From positions 192,946,001 to 193,010,000 of the forward strand of contig NC_058368.1 of NCBI RefSeq assembly GCF_018350175.1: a stretch of DNA of 64,000 bases, in the 5' to 3' direction. Source of the stretch: Felis catus. Taxonomy: Eukaryota. The stretch's first letter is position 1. Each line of letters begins with the position of its first letter. The translations under genes were made by a program, and so were the position numbers. Positions 62,101 to 64,000 of the stretch are shown here, piece by piece. The notes under the pieces are model-generated. The model did not search any database. It was not told the DNA's origin and worked only from the letters and a program-made list of their open reading frames with translations.

Positions 62101-64000
62101 TTATCATTTAAACCACAGTTATTTGAAAATAATAAGAAAAATAGACAGTGTGTGACTTGTTATTAACACCCTCGGGGTCTGCAAAGAGAGCATAAAGAAA
62201 CCAAGCAAGCAGATTTCTGCACTGATGCTCAGAAATGAAGACAACGTTGGCTCTTAGCAGAATTTATACTGCTACATACAAGCTCAGGTTAATAACATGC
62301 TCAGAATAGATAGACCAGGGATAGCAGCACAGCATACATGCGAAACAGAGTCGGCCAAGCTGTTAGAGGAAAGATATTCCAGAGCACAAATGTTGGACAG
62401 ATGGATGGTGCAAGATGCTTCCCAAAATGTTACTAAGTCTCAAAAGGATCCAGAAAAGTATAGCATGTAGCATGAGTTCTTAATTCATAAGAGGTCTCTT
62501 TTTTTTTCCAGAAGGAAGCACTCACACTCAAATTCTTTCTCCTGTTTTATTGGGCTAATGAGTGAGCCATCTGGTATTAAGCTATTAAGAGTGATCTTAA
62601 TATTTACTGACTGCTTTCTGTGTGCCAGGCATTTTAGCCATCACAGCCATTCCTTGAGGCAGGGTTTTCACAAATAGGTAAAGTGATGCCCAAAGGAGTT
62701 GAGTAACTTAAGGTCACTTGGTGAGTAGGTGGTGGGGACCCCTTTGGACCTCCTGCCCTCTAAGTTTTGTGCAGCTCAGCATTCCCGTGGATGGAGGGCA
62801 TCACCTTATTCTGGAGGAGAGGAAACTAAGGTCCATAGTAGGGAACAGAATTCCCCAAGGCCAGGGTACAGGTAGAGGCTGAGACAGGCCTGGACTCAGG
62901 CGTTTATTCCCAGCACATGTTCATCCATCATCACAAACTTCTCCTTAGGCCTTAGGTAGATAGCAGATATTTCAGACAATGTTGAACGGAATTCAACTGG
63001 TCTCTTATATGAACGATATTTTAATAGGCTTCCAACAATGAGGTTCCTTTCTGAAACTTGCACCTTCCAAACCTGAATATCTACCTCTTGATTTTTGCAC
63101 TATACCTATGACCCTGAACACCAACTGCTAATTCCATGGTTTGTGGAAGGTGGATTACTGTGGCACCACGCTATTTTAACTTCGTCTGAACCAAAAATAT
63201 GTGTGAAAGTACAAATGGGTTTAGTGGTTACTTAATTTTCTTATAACACATATTTTGAAGGGTAATGTTGACCAGGTTTAAAAACACTTAATTTGTTTTT
63301 AGAAGGAAGACTCGAATTCCTAGCCTGGGCCTGTGGGAGGAGGGACCTACAACCGGGCCCATAGGACTCACTCTGCAGCATTATCAGAAGCGATGCTGGT
63401 GTTCTTTTGTCTGCTCAAATGCACTTTGGCTCTCACCATTCACAGCCCCTACACCTGTTTCCCCATCTTCCAGCAACACTCTTGCCCTGAGCAACTTCTT
63501 TGTAGGAATCCCCTTAAAGACCCTTTCTTTGGGGGAGGGGGGTGCTTTCTAAGCACCAGGGGAAGAGTTTGAGACTCCTGTCCTACTTGTACTTACTTGA
63601 TCACCGTCATCTTCCCCATCAGACTGTGGGCTCTGGGAAGGCAGGGACCACATTTATCTTGTTTATCACCCTGTGGTGATAGTCCCCAGTAACCAAGTTG
63701 CTGGTGCTAGATGTTGATTAAATCAGTGACAGAAGAGACAAAACCCTTGCAATACAAGAGATCTCAGAAAGCATAATAGTTCTACATTTCTGTGATTTTG
63801 GAGTATATCACTATTTTATATCCAAATATAATAATATAAGCTTATAATGATGTCCCCAAGTTAGTGACAAAAAAGGCTCTGTTTAGTGTGCTTGCTGGAG
63901 AAAGTGGCACTGAAATTCATTTGAAGACTATTTCCATTAAAACAGTCAAATTGAAAAAAGTCTTCTTACAATGGGAGCATTAACTATCTTAAAAAAAACC

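Noticed and set aside
1..64000. Numt, processed pseudogene, ERV internal genes or foreign DNA insert
   Set aside because: By eye, no mitochondrial-like, gag/pol/env-like, spliced-mRNA-like or compositionally foreign segment was seen; a BLAST of the repeat-masked sequence would be needed to exclude very decayed ones.

Overview
This is mammalian nuclear DNA, almost certainly felid (cat-like), judged from about 28 carnivore tRNA-derived SINEs (CanSINEs), including four near-identical young copies of the felid SINEC_Fc type. The window is repeat-rich, intronic or intergenic DNA. It holds MIR and L2 relics, ancient L1M fragments, a 1.4 kb 5'-truncated carnivore L1 (the only ORF with recognisable protein homology: the L1 ORF2 C-terminus), ERVL/MaLR/ERV1 solo LTRs and hAT DNA-transposon relics. 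I found no recognisable host coding exon, RNA gene or CRISPR-like array, and no convincing new biological system. The best-supported oddities are: (i) two SINEs inserted serially at the same nucleotide, giving a triplicated 17-bp target site; (ii) a near-perfect 166-bp tandem duplication with 5-bp microhomology; (iii) two tail-to-tail inverted SINE pairs; (iv) a ~9 kb nested repeat stack containing an apparently 5'-intact, internally deleted ancient L1; (v) a few motif clusters and exon-like segments in unique DNA. Repeat subfamily names come from visual recognition of consensus features, and boundaries of old repeats are approximate; both need RepeatMasker/Dfam confirmation.
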